Source: Neoconidiobolus thromboides FSU 785
Lineage: Eukaryota > Fungi > Entomophthoromycota
Assembly: GCA_025603075.1 (NCBI GenBank)
Contig: MU626260.1
Span: 186,001 to 250,000, forward strand
Length of the DNA: 64,000 nucleotides
Direction of reading: 5' to 3'
Position numbers and translations under genes: made by a program. This document shows, piece after piece, positions 12,339 through 28,087 of the stretch. How positions within the stretch are numbered: position 1 is the stretch's first letter; every line of letters starts with the position of its first letter. The notes below the pieces were generated by a model. It searched no databases and was not told the DNA's origin. It worked only from the letters and a program-made list of their open reading frames with translations.

Positions 12339-13427
12339 TCATAATTTCTTTTTAGAAGATAGTAACTTACGAGAACGATTGAAGTCTTCGGAGCTACGTT
12401 TAAGTCTAGAAATTGGTCCCATTTTATCAGAAAAGATGAATAAGAAATGCATATAAACCCAAGAAGTGTGACAAGCTAAACCATCATAAAATTCTGGGGC
12501 TATTTCTTTAATCTTTGGTAACTTGTTCCATGGAATTTGTGTGAAATCATGGTGTTCATTATGGTATCCAATATTTATATAAAATTTATTAAGTATACCA
12601 TAATAAGAATATGTTTCTTGTCCATCTTCAAAGGTGTAATGTTCTTGCACAAAGTGAGCGGCTCCTGGATGTAAGCCATAGCCAAGCCATAGAGAAAGAG
12701 CAAGGTATAATAATGCTCTTGGGCCCCAAAAAGTATAAACTAAGATATCTACGGTAATAATATAAGCAATATTCATATACTCCCAAAAAGATAATGGTTT
12801 TAACATAGCAGCTCCGCGGATAACATATAATCCAGCATAACAAAATACCCAAATAGTTTTTAATAACGAACTTCCACGAATGAATTTATATTCCCATTTC
12901 ATTGGAAGATCAGGATCTTTATCTTCAACCCCTTGATAAGCATGATGAATTAAATGATAACGGCGGAAAGAAGCAGAGATTGGGAATGGTATACCTGTAT
13001 TAACAATCAAAGCAAAGATACGATTGACTAATGGATTTGGATGTAATAAATTATGACTACATTCGTGAATTAAACAACCAAATAAAGCAGATATGGTACC
13101 ACCTACTAAATAGGCAAATGCTACCATAGACCAATTCCAGTCTGTTAATACTCTACCAAAAAGGTAAGCAAAAAACATTTGAACAGAAGTAGATGCTAAT
13201 ATAATATAAACAGTAGAAAATTCGGTACCGTATAATTTTTCAATCTCTGGATGTTTTTCTAATATAGCATGCTTACGTTTAAGATGTGGTTCATCATGAT
13301 TATCAACGGCTAACTCTTTATGGACATAAGGGATTGAGCGTTTCCAAAAACCATTATATAATGGATGGCGGGTATCAAAGCCTTCTTCTTTTTCAAGTTC
13401 GAAATTCTCTTTGGTCTGGGGTGGCAT
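12339..13427 (-). CDS. DES1: Sphingolipid delta(4)-desaturase (DES1/DEGS1), intronless
   Basis: N-terminal EPHLKRKHAILEKHPEIEKLYG; His boxes HECSH, HLIHH, HNEHH; HPGAAHFVQEH. Confidence 0.93.
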   Translation of the reverse strand: MPPQTKENFELEKEEGFDTRHPLYNGFWKRSIPYVHKELAVDNHDEPHLKRKHAILEKHPEIEKLYGTEFSTVYIILASTSVQMFFAYLFGRVLTDWNWSMVAFAYLVGGTISALFGCLIHECSHNLLHPNPLVNRIFALIVNTGIPFPISASFRRYHLIHHAYQGVEDKDPDLPMKWEYKFIRGSSLLKTIWVFCYAGLYVIRGAAMLKPLSFWEYMNIAYIITVDILVYTFWGPRALLYLALSLWLGYGLHPGAAHFVQEHYTFEDGQETYSYYGILNKFYINIGYHNEHHDFTQIPWNKLPKIKEIAPEFYDGLACHTSWVYMHFLFIFSDKMGPISRLKRSSEDFNRSRKLLSSKKKL

Positions 13428-14200
13428 ATTTTTTATTTATTTAACAAAAAAGATAAAAGTTCGATTCAATTTTAATTCTGTCCCTTTTATGGTTTTCTGG
13501 GGTTACTTGTGTTGTTCCTCTTTTCATTTTTCCCCGCCTATTTTTTTAACCTAGTATTGTGTAGCCAATGATCGAGGTTGTTATACAAATTTATATTAAT
13601 TCGATTATTGGATTTCTTAAAAATATCATGCTATTTTAATGAAGTTATTTAATTGGTAGATAGAAATATCAATTTTGTTTATACTAATTAAAATTTATTA
13701 ATTTAAAATAATATTCTAATAAATAATACGTATTATAAGGAACACTTATTGTTTTATTTGTTATAAAACACCTTTAACTAAACAAGTGTAAAAAATCGAA
13801 TGTTAATTTAAATTGGTTATTAACATAAAAAGTAAGCTTAGTTTGTTCATAAGTTGATATCTTTTCACTTGGCGCTTTTTAATGAATAAACCTCACCAAA
13901 TAAAATAGCTTTAACAACTTACTATTTTCCACTTACATGGTGATAAATCAATATCTATTAAGCAACTAAAATACATTTTCATTCGAAAAGAACAAGCGAA
14001 ATATAACCTTTCAAAAACTCTGAAAAATTGCCCAATTTCTTTATTGCTTAAAAAAGCGAAAAAATGAAATTAAATACTCTTGAATAGTAATAATTTAATT
14101 TTAAAATAAGTTAATAATTGGCTATTGTCAATTTCTCGACAAAAATAACAAAATGACAAAAAATACTTTTAATTAATTAAATCAACATAGAAGATATAGA

Positions 14201-15466
<1,266 letters not shown>

Positions 15467-15680
15467 TACAATAAAAATTGAAATTAATTTCCTTTTTTTT
15501 TCTTTTTTGCTATTTTATTTAAAAAACATTCAATAATTATTGCAATTTAGGACTTTAAATTCATATAAAAAATTTATATTCTTAAACTAATAATAATAAC
15601 CAAAAACTACTAATATTACAAAACATTATTAATATTAATAATAATACTAATAAGTAGCTCAATTTACTGTATTACTCTTA

Positions 15681-17366
15681 TTATTGTATTGGCGCTACTG
15701 ATTGAATTGTACGTTTACGTAATCGACGTATAAGGTAATATTTATATATAAGATTAGTTATATCCTATAGTATTATTAATCAATAAATGCAATAAATATA
15801 ATAAGTTATTATTATTATCAGTTACCTTTAAAAATATAAAAAAACAGCCACCAACAATAGATCTTAAAAAAGTAGTTGGTAAAAATCGATTCTTAATCAT
15901 TGGAAAATATCCTAATATACTATATTATATATTAATATCTTATTTGAATTTTATAGTTAATATCAATAATCTTACTTTCCAGACATAGAAGACAAAGCTA
16001 TATAACAAAAATTGAATCAATACAAACACAACTAATATATTCATAATAAACTTACCAGGCAACAATAAAGCGCCCACAATAGTACGAGCAATATCTTTTC
16101 TTTCACCCAATGCATAAGCAATGGTATCATTAGCATTGGCATTTCTATTAATCATTCTACTTTGACCTGGATTTCCAATATTAACTTCCCATTCAATTTC
16201 CAATATACCATTATTATTATGAGTATTATTATTATTCTCTGCTCCATTTGCTTCGTTATTATTTTCATTTCCATTCAAACTTCCGCTAATATTCATTTGA
16301 TTTCGAATTTGCTCTACCCATCCTTTTTCCATTTTACCAAAAATATATTCCCAACTTGTATTATAAATTATTCTGTTATAAAAAATAATATTATAAACTA
16401 TATTCTTATAATAACAACAGTAATTACCTAATCCAAGGTAACACGGATAATACTAAAGATGGAGAAGGTGGGAAATTAAATTGAATTTGTTCATTACCTA
16501 ATACCAATATAGGCAATAATGGCATAAGTGAATCTAGATAATTGGATCTAGATCCTATCAATATCCATGGTATTAATGGTAATCCTAACTATTAATTATT
16601 ACAACAAAATAATTAGAATTAAATCATTTTCTAATTAATGAATAATATATTATTAATCTTACCCATACTCTCCAACCCCAAGGGTTTGGTGAACCTAGTA
16701 ATCTTTCTCCTTCTTCAGATCCACATATAGTAAGTACTGCATACGCACTATTTATATTATGATATTATATATTAATTTAATACTTATATTAAACATAGTC
16801 AATAATATTTACCCATAGGTAGTTGAAGTAACTAAAATAGAACCAGTTAAGCCCACTAAAGTAATATAAGGTACGGTTGATTGAAGTATATTGTCAATAC
16901 GATTAAATAAATCAATAAAAAAAGAAGGTGGTTCACTTAATTGATAAACTTGATTACATTGTGGACAATGAACCTAACATATGTGTAAATGATATAATTA
17001 TAATTCATAAATCATAAATCAACTCGTTAAATTTAAATTTACCCTTTTATTAGCTTCAAATTTTTGATTTTCCGCAATCCAAGATAATAAACATTCTTCA
17101 TGAGAAATTAAAGAACAATGGCAAGGTTTAATCCAATGACCTTCACTATCATTTTCTTCTCCAAAACAAATCCAACACCTTTTATTTTCGATGTAAATAC
17201 TATTATCTTTAACTGAATTTTGATTTTGAGCAGTTGGTTGTAACTGTAAACTAGAAGAACTTTTAGAAGAAGTTCGTGAAATTGAAGTTCCTGCAGTGGG
17301 TCCACTTGTATTGACGATGGGTAATATTGGATTTGTATAAGATGCACTATTACTGCTACTATTCAT
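15681..17366 (-). CDS. RING-CH membrane E3 ubiquitin ligase, MARCH5/MITOL-like, multi-exon
   Basis: KRCWICFGEEND..WIKPCHCSLISHEECLLSWI + VHCPQCNQ; ARTIVGALLLP; spliced C-terminus LRSIVGGCFFIFLKDITNLIYKYY resembles MARCH5; stop at 15681. Confidence 0.75.
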
Positions 17367-17961
17367 TTTGTGCTTTTTTTATGTGGGGTTATTTGTTTAT
17401 TGAAATTGGTTTATGAAAAGAATAAAAAAGTCATTGATTTAGTCACTTTTTTTCACCTTTGTTAACCCATTTTTTTTTTACCTAAGCCTATTAAATTAGA
17501 CTATTTAAAATTAAGGAAAGGTTTAATTTGTTCGATTTCTTTATGAGTATTAGACATCTACTTTTATAAATAAGTAATCAGCTTTCTATTCTATTTTAAA
17601 ATGTAAGTTATTCTTCAGTTTTTGTATTATGTAATAGCTGTTCTGTTATGATTATAATGTTATTATTATTACAGCCTTATAATATATTATTATTATTATT
17701 ATAAATGATCAATTATATAAAATAAATAAATAAAAAACAGCAACTCCTCAAGTCACACTTAATTTTCCAAATAAATTAAGAACCAAGCAATACTATCAAA
17801 TGATGAAAAAAGGCAATCATTTTTATAATATGTATGAGCCATTAAAAAAGTTGTTTAAATCGAAAATATAAAATATAAAAATACAAAGAATTTATTTGAA
17901 AAAATAAAGAATAGTAATCGATTCTAAACAAAAAATTTACCCAATTTAATTAAGCAAAACT

Positions 17962-18974
17962 CTAGTAACCCGAAGTACACCATAAAAGATCATTTTGATG
18001 CAACTCATAAGAAGGAGATGGTGGATTAGAAAAAGAATTGCAAAACATGGACATATTAAGAAACAAAGCATCATTGTAAATATATGGTCTTGTACCAAAA
18101 TTCAATTTAAGTTTACATTTAATATTATTATTACTGATAGTAGTATTCTTATTATATTTAAAATTATGTTTAAGATATGAGTCTAAGCTAATATTATAAT
18201 AAGAAATTGCTGGAAAACATTCAAAATTTAATATGAATGGAGTAACTATTAACTTCTGATCAAAAGTATAAAATAATTCATTGTTAGGAGTTAATCCACA
18301 GCCTATAATACTACCACTTTGATTGAGATCTCTAATTGGGAAGGAAATAGTAATATTATTATTATTATTCATTGTAGAATATAATTTACTATCATTAATA
18401 CACAAACCATAAGAATAATCATGTTGTCCTAAAGAAATAATGAAAGTTAATATAAGAGTACTATATTATATAATTTAAGTATTTTTATATTACCTAACAT
18501 TAAATATTGATCAAAATGACGAGCTGAAAACCCGATAGAAATAATATCACTATTAGTTTTATTTTCAATTAATACTTCAAAATATCGATATCTTTTTTCA
18601 CTTAATATTGGTAAGTTGGATAAATATGTTTTTATTTGTTCTCTGTTATTATTATTGATATTATTATTATTTTCATTAAATATTATTATGTTTGATATGT
18701 TATTTAAATACCAAGCTTCGTTTTTTAATAAATGTATATTCATAATTTCAGAATGACTTAAATGCGATTTATTAGGAATTAATTGAGGATTAATATACGT
18801 TGGTTTTGATTTACTACTAATATTATTATTATTGTTATTATTATTATATGGGTTGTTACTACTATTTGTTATAGTATCGTGGTTATAGTTATTATTATAT
18901 AAATTTAATTTTAATAACTTTTTTATTGTTTTTTTCAAATTTAAGCCATGAGGAAGTTCAATAATAGGTATCAT
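17962..18974 (-). CDS. SPRY-domain protein (Ssh4/Ear1-like), Asn-rich, 2 coding exons; true start uncertain
   Basis: YFEVLI..IISIGFS, IIGCGL..ELFYT, FPAIS, KLNFGTRPY; C-terminal PPSPSY. Confidence 0.7.
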
Positions 18975-19564
18975 CTTTTATTATCAATATTAAAATAAAT
19001 TATAATTATTATAAATAATACAATTTAAAACAAGAAAGAATAAGACAATAAAACGAAAAATTTTAACATGTTATTTACAAATCAATAGTTTTTTAAAATA
19101 TATCAGATGATCTTAAAGAATTACTAATCTCAAATTTATGGTATTTTTTATTGGAATTGCACTTTATTTTTATTTATTTTGATCTTAAAATTACAATCTA
19201 TGAATTTACATCGTATTTGAGAATAAATAAAATAAAAATAAATAATAAAACAATAAAAATAAATGATACATTAAAATAACAAAATTATAAAAATAAATAA
19301 TAAATCAACATAATGAAATAATAGAAACAAATGATAGTAGATTGAAATAATGAAATAATAATAATGATAATAATGATAATAATATACAAATAATAAATTA
19401 ACATAATGAAATAATAATAATAATAAAAATAACATTAATTTTATTAATAAAAAAGTTAGGAGAAGATAACTTATCTCAACCAAGAGATTCTAAATGAGAA
19501 TATTTTCTAGATTAACATCCAAATTCTATATAAACAAAATATTTCTTTAATCTTTCCTTTTCTC

Positions 19565-20809
19565 TTAATTTCTATTATTTAAAAACTTCATTGCAGTCTC
19601 ATAACCAATAAAAGTAGCCGCATTAGCAGGAAAAGATCTTAATAAAGTAGGAGCCAAACCATAAGTAAATCCACGTAAACCGCTAAACCTATAAATTCTC
19701 TTAATAGTTTCAATAACACCAACTTTAACAGGGGAAGATTGAATATTTGATTTAATTATATCTTGAGGATAAGATGTTAACCAACAAGCTATTCCTGATA
19801 ATCCACCTGACAAAAATAAATATGAAAAAGGTAAATCATCCGTATCTTTGTTAAAACCTTCTGGAGATAATTTTTCAATATATAGATTACGCATAAAATG
19901 ATACATTGCTAATTGAATTTTGATTCTAGTATTTCATTTAATAAACTAAATTAAAACTTACAAAAATAACCAGCAAAACAAGCCATATCTCTAGTAAGTG
20001 TAACGCCAAATCCTCGATACATACCACTTAAGCCATCTCTTTTAATTGTTTGTTTAGCACAATCTATTAGTCCGTTATATTTTGTCTATTTTATTATTAT
20101 TCATTAAAACTTATTAATAAATTATACTATAATATTTTAAACTTACTTTAAAAATAGTTTGGGTTTGCATTCTAATTTTCAATAATTCCATAGGACAATA
20201 AAAACATCCAATAATAGAACCTGTCATTGCTCCTGCTAAAGCTGTTCTACCTATACATATATGTTAATATTATATTCTATATAACGGTAATAATAAAAAG
20301 TAACAAAAAATAATAATTTTACTTACCTAAAGATAAATCTTCTAAACCGACATATGGATTTGGATTTGGGTTTAGCAATCTTCTAAAATAACCATTACTT
20401 GAAAAAATAATAGCTGAACAAAACCCAACGGTTATCAATGGGGGTGTTACTCCTCTATATAAACCAGTAACCTAACAATGATAATAATTTAGCATTAATT
20501 ATTTAAATAGTAATAATAATAAAGCAGTTTATATTTAAATTAATAGCTTACCTTTTCAGTTTCTAGAGTTTTTTTAAAACAATCTACAGCTCCTTTATAA
20601 ATTGGATTTCTTAAGTCTTGTGTTTGGATACGTACCTTTTATTATTTATTAGTCTTTCTTTAAATATTTTTCTTTAAATAATTTACTTTAATCGTATCAA
20701 ATGGATGACCAACTAAAACTTCACAACAACCACCAACGGTGCCTGCCATGAATTCAGTCATAAAAGTACCATGAATATGATGACTATCTTCTACACCAGC
20801 TACTTCCAT
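19565..20809 (-). CDS. Mitochondrial carrier family (SLC25) protein, carnitine/ornithine/Ymc-like, multi-exon
   Basis: EFMAGTVGGCCEVLVGHPFDTIKV; GLYRGVTPPL; LSGGLSGIACWLTSYPQDIIKSNIQ; GLAPTLLRSFPANAATF (PxD/ExxK carrier motifs). Confidence 0.9.
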
Positions 20810-21228
20810 ATTATTGTTTGAATTATTTTTTGTATTTTAATAAAGTATTGAATATGTATAATTTTTAATTAAAATTATTAAAGAGACAAAATATTTTAGT
20901 TTACAGGGTCATTAGGTTTTATGTTGTATTATTAGCGTATTTTTATTATTTCTTTATTTCTTTATTCTTAGATTATTCAACTTTAAAATATAACCTATAA
21001 ATGAACTTCATGTAAAGAAGTATAATGACTTCATTGGTTCAATTTTAATTTCAAGGATACAGTAATTTCTTCTTGAAATATAAATTAACTTTTTAATAAT
21101 GAGACTACTTATTCTTTGGAATAAAGCTTAAAACATGTATAAAAAATGTCAAAATATGAAATATACATGGGAAATTAATTTTAACCTTAATTTCTTTATT
21201 TGAAATTCAACCTAATTTGAGTTTTTCC

Positions 21229-23131
21229 TTAATCATTTAAAAATAAATTAGTAAAATGGAAGTTAGAGATTGTTTGTATATGTTCTAAAGTAAATAAGAA
21301 TCATTAATACTCTTATATAAATAAAATGGAGTAATTTATATTACCTTCTACTTCCATTAGGTTATTATTATCTTTATTAATAATAAAAAATAATTGAAAA
21401 TCCAAATTATATTTGACACCAATCCAAAGAGGAGGAAAATGATTTGTTGATATTGTTCTTAATAAGATTTCCTTATTATTATTATTACTGTCGTTATTAT
21501 TATTATTATTTAATAACAATAAATCATTTTGTAACTCTAATAATAGACAATGAACTTGTACAGGTAAATCAATTAAGTTAGATTCAATAGCTAGATTTAA
21601 ACCATTAAAATAACAATAATTAAAGGGGTTAGATTTAATATTCTTTTTTAGTTGTAATTGATGTTGTGAATCTTTTTTAATAAAATTGAATAATTGTTCA
21701 TTTAAATGAGTTGATATACTTTGATTTAATCGATTTATGTTAATATCCTGTCTATTTTTAAAATACAATATTAAATAACCTTTAGGATATATTTGATAAA
21801 TTATACTATACAATTTTTGTTGATTTATATAAATTGTTTTTATTATTGTTTGTTTTTGTTGAGTTCTTAATTTACCATTAATTGCTGATTTTGGATCCCA
21901 TTCTTTTATAAATTTAGGTTGAAATGTAATATCTATATCTTCCGTTTCTGTATTTGTACTTGTATTATTAAATAAATAAGGGGTTATTAATGAAAAGAAG
22001 GAATTCCTCTATACAAATAATTAAAACAATAAATAAATAAATAAATAATAACTTACGTTTTTCTTGTCATCATCCTTCACTTGATTGATTTTATTATCTA
22101 ACTGTTTAATTACATTTAACATTAAATTAGAGATATCAATAGGCATATGGGCTCCTGACCATATCAACTTTTGATTATAGAAAAACGATAAATGAAATAT
22201 TGAATTATTTTCCAATTGAATATTTTTTAATTGATTTTGTAAATATAAAAAAGTAGATTTACTAGTTGAAAATAGTTGAATCCCATTTAAATTATTTTCA
22301 ATTGTTAAACTGTTTAATGAAAATCCTCGACTTAAATAGTGATCAAAATATTCCGTTAAATAATATTGTGTTTTTTTGACTCCTTTTTTATCAAGTAAAT
22401 TAGTGATACTACCATGGCCTAACTAAAATACAATCAATCTATTTTATATCTTATGTTTTAAATTTACTTACCTTAAATCCTAAATAAGCTTTATTTAACA
22501 TTGTTTTTAAACTTAAATCATTTAATTCTTTATCCATATAATCCACTACAGTTAAACTACTATTTGTTTCACTTTTTCTTATTCTTATTCCGAGGTTAAT
22601 GCTCTAATAAATTTATAAATTAAATCAACTTTAAGTTAATTATCCTTTTACTTACTAATAAAAAATAGATATCACCTTCTGGATTTAATATAATCAATCT
22701 ACTCTTTTTAGAGTGAACAGTATGTACTTTTTCTTCAGTAGAAAAATTACTAAATAAAAATCAACATTCTTCTATTATAATAAAATAAAACTCTATTACT
22801 TTGAAAAATTAAGCATAGCTTGAGCTAAACCAATATGTCTTAATATAGTATCATAATCTTTCGAGTATCCTCTCACAATGGCATCCTCCTCTTTTTCTTC
22901 TTCTGAGTCTGAATTTAATTCTTCAGTAATTAATTCTTCTTCTGTCACTGTTACTTCTCCCTCTTCCTTTTCCTCAGATTTTGTTAAGTCTTGTCTTATA
23001 TCTTGTTCAATACCATAGTATAGTATTAAATCTTTATTTGTTTCATCCTCTTTTAAATCTAGTTCATTATTATAAATACACAAGTAATTAAGTTTAGCTT
23101 CTTCAATCGAGTTCACTTGTTTACTCGTCAT
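21229..23131 (-). CDS. CCZ1: Vacuolar fusion protein Ccz1 (longin-domain Mon1-Ccz1 subunit), multi-exon, very AT-rich; 3' end approximate
   Basis: LNYLCIYNNEL..DLILYY and LRHIGLAQAMLNFS fit the Ccz1 first longin domain; SIFHLSFFYNQKLIWSG downstream. Confidence 0.7.
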
Positions 23132-23395
23132 TTTTTTAAAATTTTAAAGAATAAAAAAAAGTAAAAATAAAAAATAAAAATGATTAAAATCAAAAATTTC
23201 TAAAAATTTCTATTATTATTTTTTAAAAAAAGATGACGAAAATCTATAAAGAAACAGATATAATTTAAAACTTTAAAATTCTATGTAAAAGAAGAAAGAT
23301 AAAGCGATAAATATTAATAAATTAGTAAACAACTAAACTTAGTAAAGTGAGGAGAATTAAGAGAGGAGAAATAGTAAATTAGAGAACTTGTATAA

Positions 23396-26300
23396 TCAAT
23401 GAAAGAAATAAGTAGCATCTCTAACCTTTTCCAATTCAAATTTACCTCTTTGAGGAAGGGAAGGGAATTCTAAATCAACCCAAATAACCTTTTTATTCTT
23501 ATTAGCTTTAAATGTACTCTCTTTATCATCTGAGCTAGCTACTTCATCCAATTCTACAATTTCAGGTTTTAATTCAAACTCATTTTCATCTTTATCAACT
23601 TTTTCTTCTTCTTTATCGACCATCACTCTTCTTTTATACCCTTTAAATCTAAATTGAAATTCTTCAATTAAATTTTGTAAGATTGGTTTCTTATGTAATT
23701 CTATAAATTGTTCACGAATATGTACATTCATTTTATCTACATCACAAGCATGAGTCCAATAAGAATCATGAACAGATGCAAAAGATAATTGTTCTTCCGC
23801 CATTTTGATTGATGTTAACATCATATGAGATGCATCTAAAGAATGAATAAAATTAGGTGGAAAAGCAGTTCTTTGTTTGCGTGAGTTGACTGGGGTAACT
23901 GTATTAGTATCATGAATTAATATCGTTTGTAGATTTGTACGTATATCTTTTTGGACTCCTTTACGATATGGTTGTACAATGGTAATACCCAAAGGTGTGG
24001 TCCATATTACTGAAGTCATTTGCTTGGAACGTATTATTTCCGGATTAACTGTCTTTTTCTTTTTCTTATCGGTATCACCTGCTTTTCCTTCTAAGATATC
24101 CGCTGGTATAGAGGTGGCTATTCTACCAGCACATTCATTAAGCCATGCTTGAATAGCTTGAGCAGCTGAGAATAATTCACCTAATGAAGCAAAGACTAAA
24201 GTGGTAAGATAATAAGATAACTTATTTGCTTCTTCAGCTAATTCAGCATTATGTTTTAATTGAGAATGAATTTGTAAATTAGCTCCAATAAAAGTAACAC
24301 CATACACATTTGTCATTACAGTTTGTTTAATTACTTTTCTAGTTACGTGACCTTTTAATTTAGTGGCTTCATAAAGACCATCTTCAGCATCTTTGTTAAT
24401 TTTTTCTAACACTAATTTTAATACACCTGAATAAACGTCTTGAGGTTTATCTGAATCTTGTAAATTAACTTGCATAGCACCTTCTACATCTAAACCTAAA
24501 GCAGCATAATGTTGTAAACCATTGCAAGTACCATCTTGATGAATCGGTAAACCACATAGATAATCTTCTGGATTTTCTAATTTCATGGCATTGTTTAATT
24601 CAATACATGTTGCTAAACATTGCCATGGATCTTCAGCTTCTAACCACCATTGTTTTCCATCTAATGGATTTTCTGCTGAATCTTTAACTTGTTCCATACG
24701 TTCATCAGTAAATTTAACTCGATCAGCAAAAGAAGCTTTATCATAACCAGTAAGTGAAGCCAATTGTACTTTAAGCCAAAATAATCCTCTTTCTCCTAAT
24801 CGTTTAGCATCTGAAAAAGTAAGTAAACCACGGCATAAATCATTACCTAAATGATTAAATAAAGGTGGTATAGGATAAGCTCTACCACGGAAATCCAAAT
24901 TATGTGGAAAATAAAATTCATAATCTTGAAAGGCATTAGCAATTTCTACTTTATAGTTAACATCACAGCGTAAAGAATGATTGTTACGTGCTGTAACATC
25001 CATTGCATTACATTTCTTTCTATATTCTATCATAGCTGAAACATCACTTGTATCTTCTGGTTTATTTGGATAAACTACTTCTGTATAACCTGGTGGTATA
25101 CCAGCAAAGGCTTTTCCTGAATTCCATACTTCTTTAACTATTTCTAATACGCTTTTATTAACTCTCCATCTTACTGACCCTAAAACATCTAAACTTGTTA
25201 ATGCTTTTGTTAGCATACCGTTTTGATCCGATTTTTTAAGATAAACGGTTTGTTCAAATGCATCTCTACTTCTCATACATCTTTGTCTAGAAGTATAATA
25301 AGCACCTGAGTTATAAGTTAACCATGGCTTAGGTAAAACTAACATTGGAAGTAAACGAGCACCAAAAGCAGAAGGAGATGGTTCTTTAATTAATAACTCT
25401 TTAATATAGGGATCACATAATATTACTCCTTTTTTAGTACCACGTATATGTTGATGGGTATGTGAAAAAGCAGGGAATTCAGTATCAGAATCTGGCAATG
25501 TAAAAGTAGCTGATTCAATTAAAGCACTTAATAAAAAGGAACCAAACTTGATTTTAACTGTAGGAGACCAAACAGGTACCCAATCGGAGCTAATATTTTC
25601 TCTTTCAACTTTAGCTCTAGCTTTACGTAAAGCCATTGAAAATAATTTTCCAGAGGCATATAATTTCTTAACATCTTGTTGTTGTTTGAAGATAAATCGA
25701 TTTCCTTTTTTAACCATTTGTTCAGAATGGTATTCTTGTTCTAATTGTTTAGCTATTGAGGCAACCAATACAATTACATGAGATCCTTGATTATTATCAT
25801 TAGATCCATAACTTCTTAATGTTGCTTGAATTGTTAAAATGGCTAATTTTTCTGGTTTGATAGCACACATAATAGCTGCATATTGCGAACGATTTAGATC
25901 ACCATTAACCGAATCTCCTTTTAATCTTTTTTGTTCCGAATCAATTACCCTAGTTAATCTATCTTTCCATTGTGACATTAATTTTCTTAATGGGGTTAGA
26001 TTTAATTTTAACAAATTATCACCCCTTGCATCTCTTTCATGCATAATTTTTTCTAATGCAGATTCCATTGCTGTTTCTTCGAGTTTCATTTGTACTTCAT
26101 GTAACGAGAGATTTTTTGAGAAAGAAGTTTCCAATGAATTTTTTAATAATTTTACACCATGTACCTATAATTATTGATTAATTTAATTTGGTTAATATTA
26201 TTTTAATATTTATTACCTTCGTTGTTAATAAATTAGATTTATAACTTTTTTCAACATCATTGTCTTGATTATTTAATGATTCATCCCCCATAACTAGATT

Positions 26301-27093
26301 TTCCGAAGGTATGGATATATTTTGTGCCTCATCCTTATGTCCAATAGCCTATATAGTTATATTTAATTATAATGGTCATTATAAATAATAGTAAATAACA
26401 TACATTAAAAAAGATATCTAGATCACTGTCGGATAAGTGAGGTGAACCTTTAAGTGAATCAAGTGTATAACCTAATGCCTTCATTTCTTTATAAAATACT
26501 TTCATTAAATATAACTTGTTTGCTCTAAAACAATTAATATATAAACAAAATTTAGAAAAAATAATTTACCTAATATGGCCTTTAATAATAATGGCATAAG
26601 TACTAATATTACGTTTAACCCCATAACTTGACTCTAATTTTGAAAAATATTCCATTGCTCTTTTTAAGTCCGGTGTTGGTTTAACGTCAACACAAGCGGA
26701 CATGAAAGCGTTATGTACATTGATATCAACGTGAGCTTTAAAGCCTTTATTATATTTTCTACGAAATTGAGCTAACATATTATAAGCTCTTTCAATTTCA
26801 CCAATCTTAAGACAAGCATGTAAAACAGCCATATATCGACTTGAAAAATCATTGTCTTTATCACTTAAATTAGATTGTTCTTCTGGACTTAAAATCAATA
26901 AGGAATCTAAATCATTGTCTTTTTCTTCAAGTTTTAAACTTTCTGAATTGACTAACGGGTTTGTTGAAATAGAACGAAGTTGTTGAAAGTGATGACTCAA
27001 CAATTTTGAGTTTAATAAAAATGGTCTGTTAAAAACTTGGTATTTTATTTTACTCACTTGTTTACCCCCCAACAGATAAATATTTTTATACAT
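23396..27093 (-). CDS. RPO41: Mitochondrial single-subunit (T7-like) RNA polymerase with N-terminal PPR-like repeats; 3 introns, all 5'
   Basis: FPHNLDFRGRAYP, HQDGTCNGLQHY, RKVIKQTVMTNVYG, PPNFIHSLDASH, SVHDSYWTH; N-terminal presequence and PPR-like helices. Confidence 0.96.
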
Positions 27094-27760
27094 TTTATTA
27101 GTATCCTTGGTTATTAGTCTTCCCCTTAGCTCACTCTTATTAATAAAAAAGTTATCTTTTATTTTTTTACTACTTTTTACTTTTATTGTTTTGGGGTTTT
27201 TTACTTTTGCGGAATACCCAATAAAATAGCTTAATTTGAGCCTTCATTATGCTTTGTTTCGACAAATTAAATGCTTAATCTTTGGGCGATAGGATGCTTC
27301 TATTGGCCTTGAAATAATTTTGATCTTCTATAAATGTAAATTATTATCTGTGGGTTAAATCACCAGTTTTTGAAGTAGTACGAAGTTTTAGTATCAGCTT
27401 TATCCTCTTCATACTACTAATATTATGATTGGTTAACATATCTTGTATTAGTCAGTATTTAATATTAATTAATATTTAATATTTTATTGACATTCCTTTT
27501 AATTTCTTGGGAGCGATTATTGTTGTTAGTACACCTATTATTTAAAATAAACCTGGCATTAGTTTTAACTGGGAAAAACTAAGCTCAAGATCCTTTTGCT
27601 AATTTACTAATAATTTTTCGATTTCATAAATAATTTCTAGCCTATGAATTTTGTTTCAAAAAATATTTACTTAGTACAAAATTGCAGCTTGAAAATGAAA
27701 TATTAAACTCAAAAAAGAACCAAAAACAACTTTTCATATTTATTAAACTAAACTTTAACG

Positions 27761-28087
27761 ATGGCAGTATTTCCAGTTAAAAGGAAGATATCTAGAGGAA
27801 CGTTTTCGGAAAAAATATATTCAAAGATTCAAAAAAACCCATTTTTGTTTTTTGGACTACCGTTTATAACTATTATTGTTGGAGCTTCTTTCGCTGCTAC
27901 TAATTTCACACAGACCAGATATGACTATCAAAAGACGAGGCTTAAAACTTTAAAGAAGAAAGATATGTTGAAACTAGACGAAAACAAAAGACAAGTTAAC
28001 CTTCAAGAAGAATATTGGAAGTTGATGGAATCTAGAGATAACTTGGAAAATTGGGAAATTAAAAGAGTTGAAAGAGATGATGAATAA
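27761..28087 (+). CDS. COX16: Cytochrome c oxidase assembly protein Cox16
   Basis: KNPFLFFGLPFITIIVGASF..FTQTRYD...LQEEYWKL..DNLENWEIKRVER. Confidence 0.88.
   Translation: MAVFPVKRKISRGTFSEKIYSKIQKNPFLFFGLPFITIIVGASFAATNFTQTRYDYQKTRLKTLKKKDMLKLDENKRQVNLQEEYWKLMESRDNLENWEIKRVERDDE

Noticed and set aside
19271-19483. Hydrophobic 70-aa minus-strand ORF and an internal 22-nt direct repeat (about 19302 and 19395)
   Set aside because: Reverse complement of AAT/AAAT low-complexity sequence; no evidence of a gene or of a spliced link to the SPRY gene.
23396-26134. T7-like RNA polymerase as a possible phage or plasmid insertion
   Set aside because: Spliced 5' exons encode a mitochondrial presequence and PPR-like repeats, so this is the ordinary nuclear RPO41.
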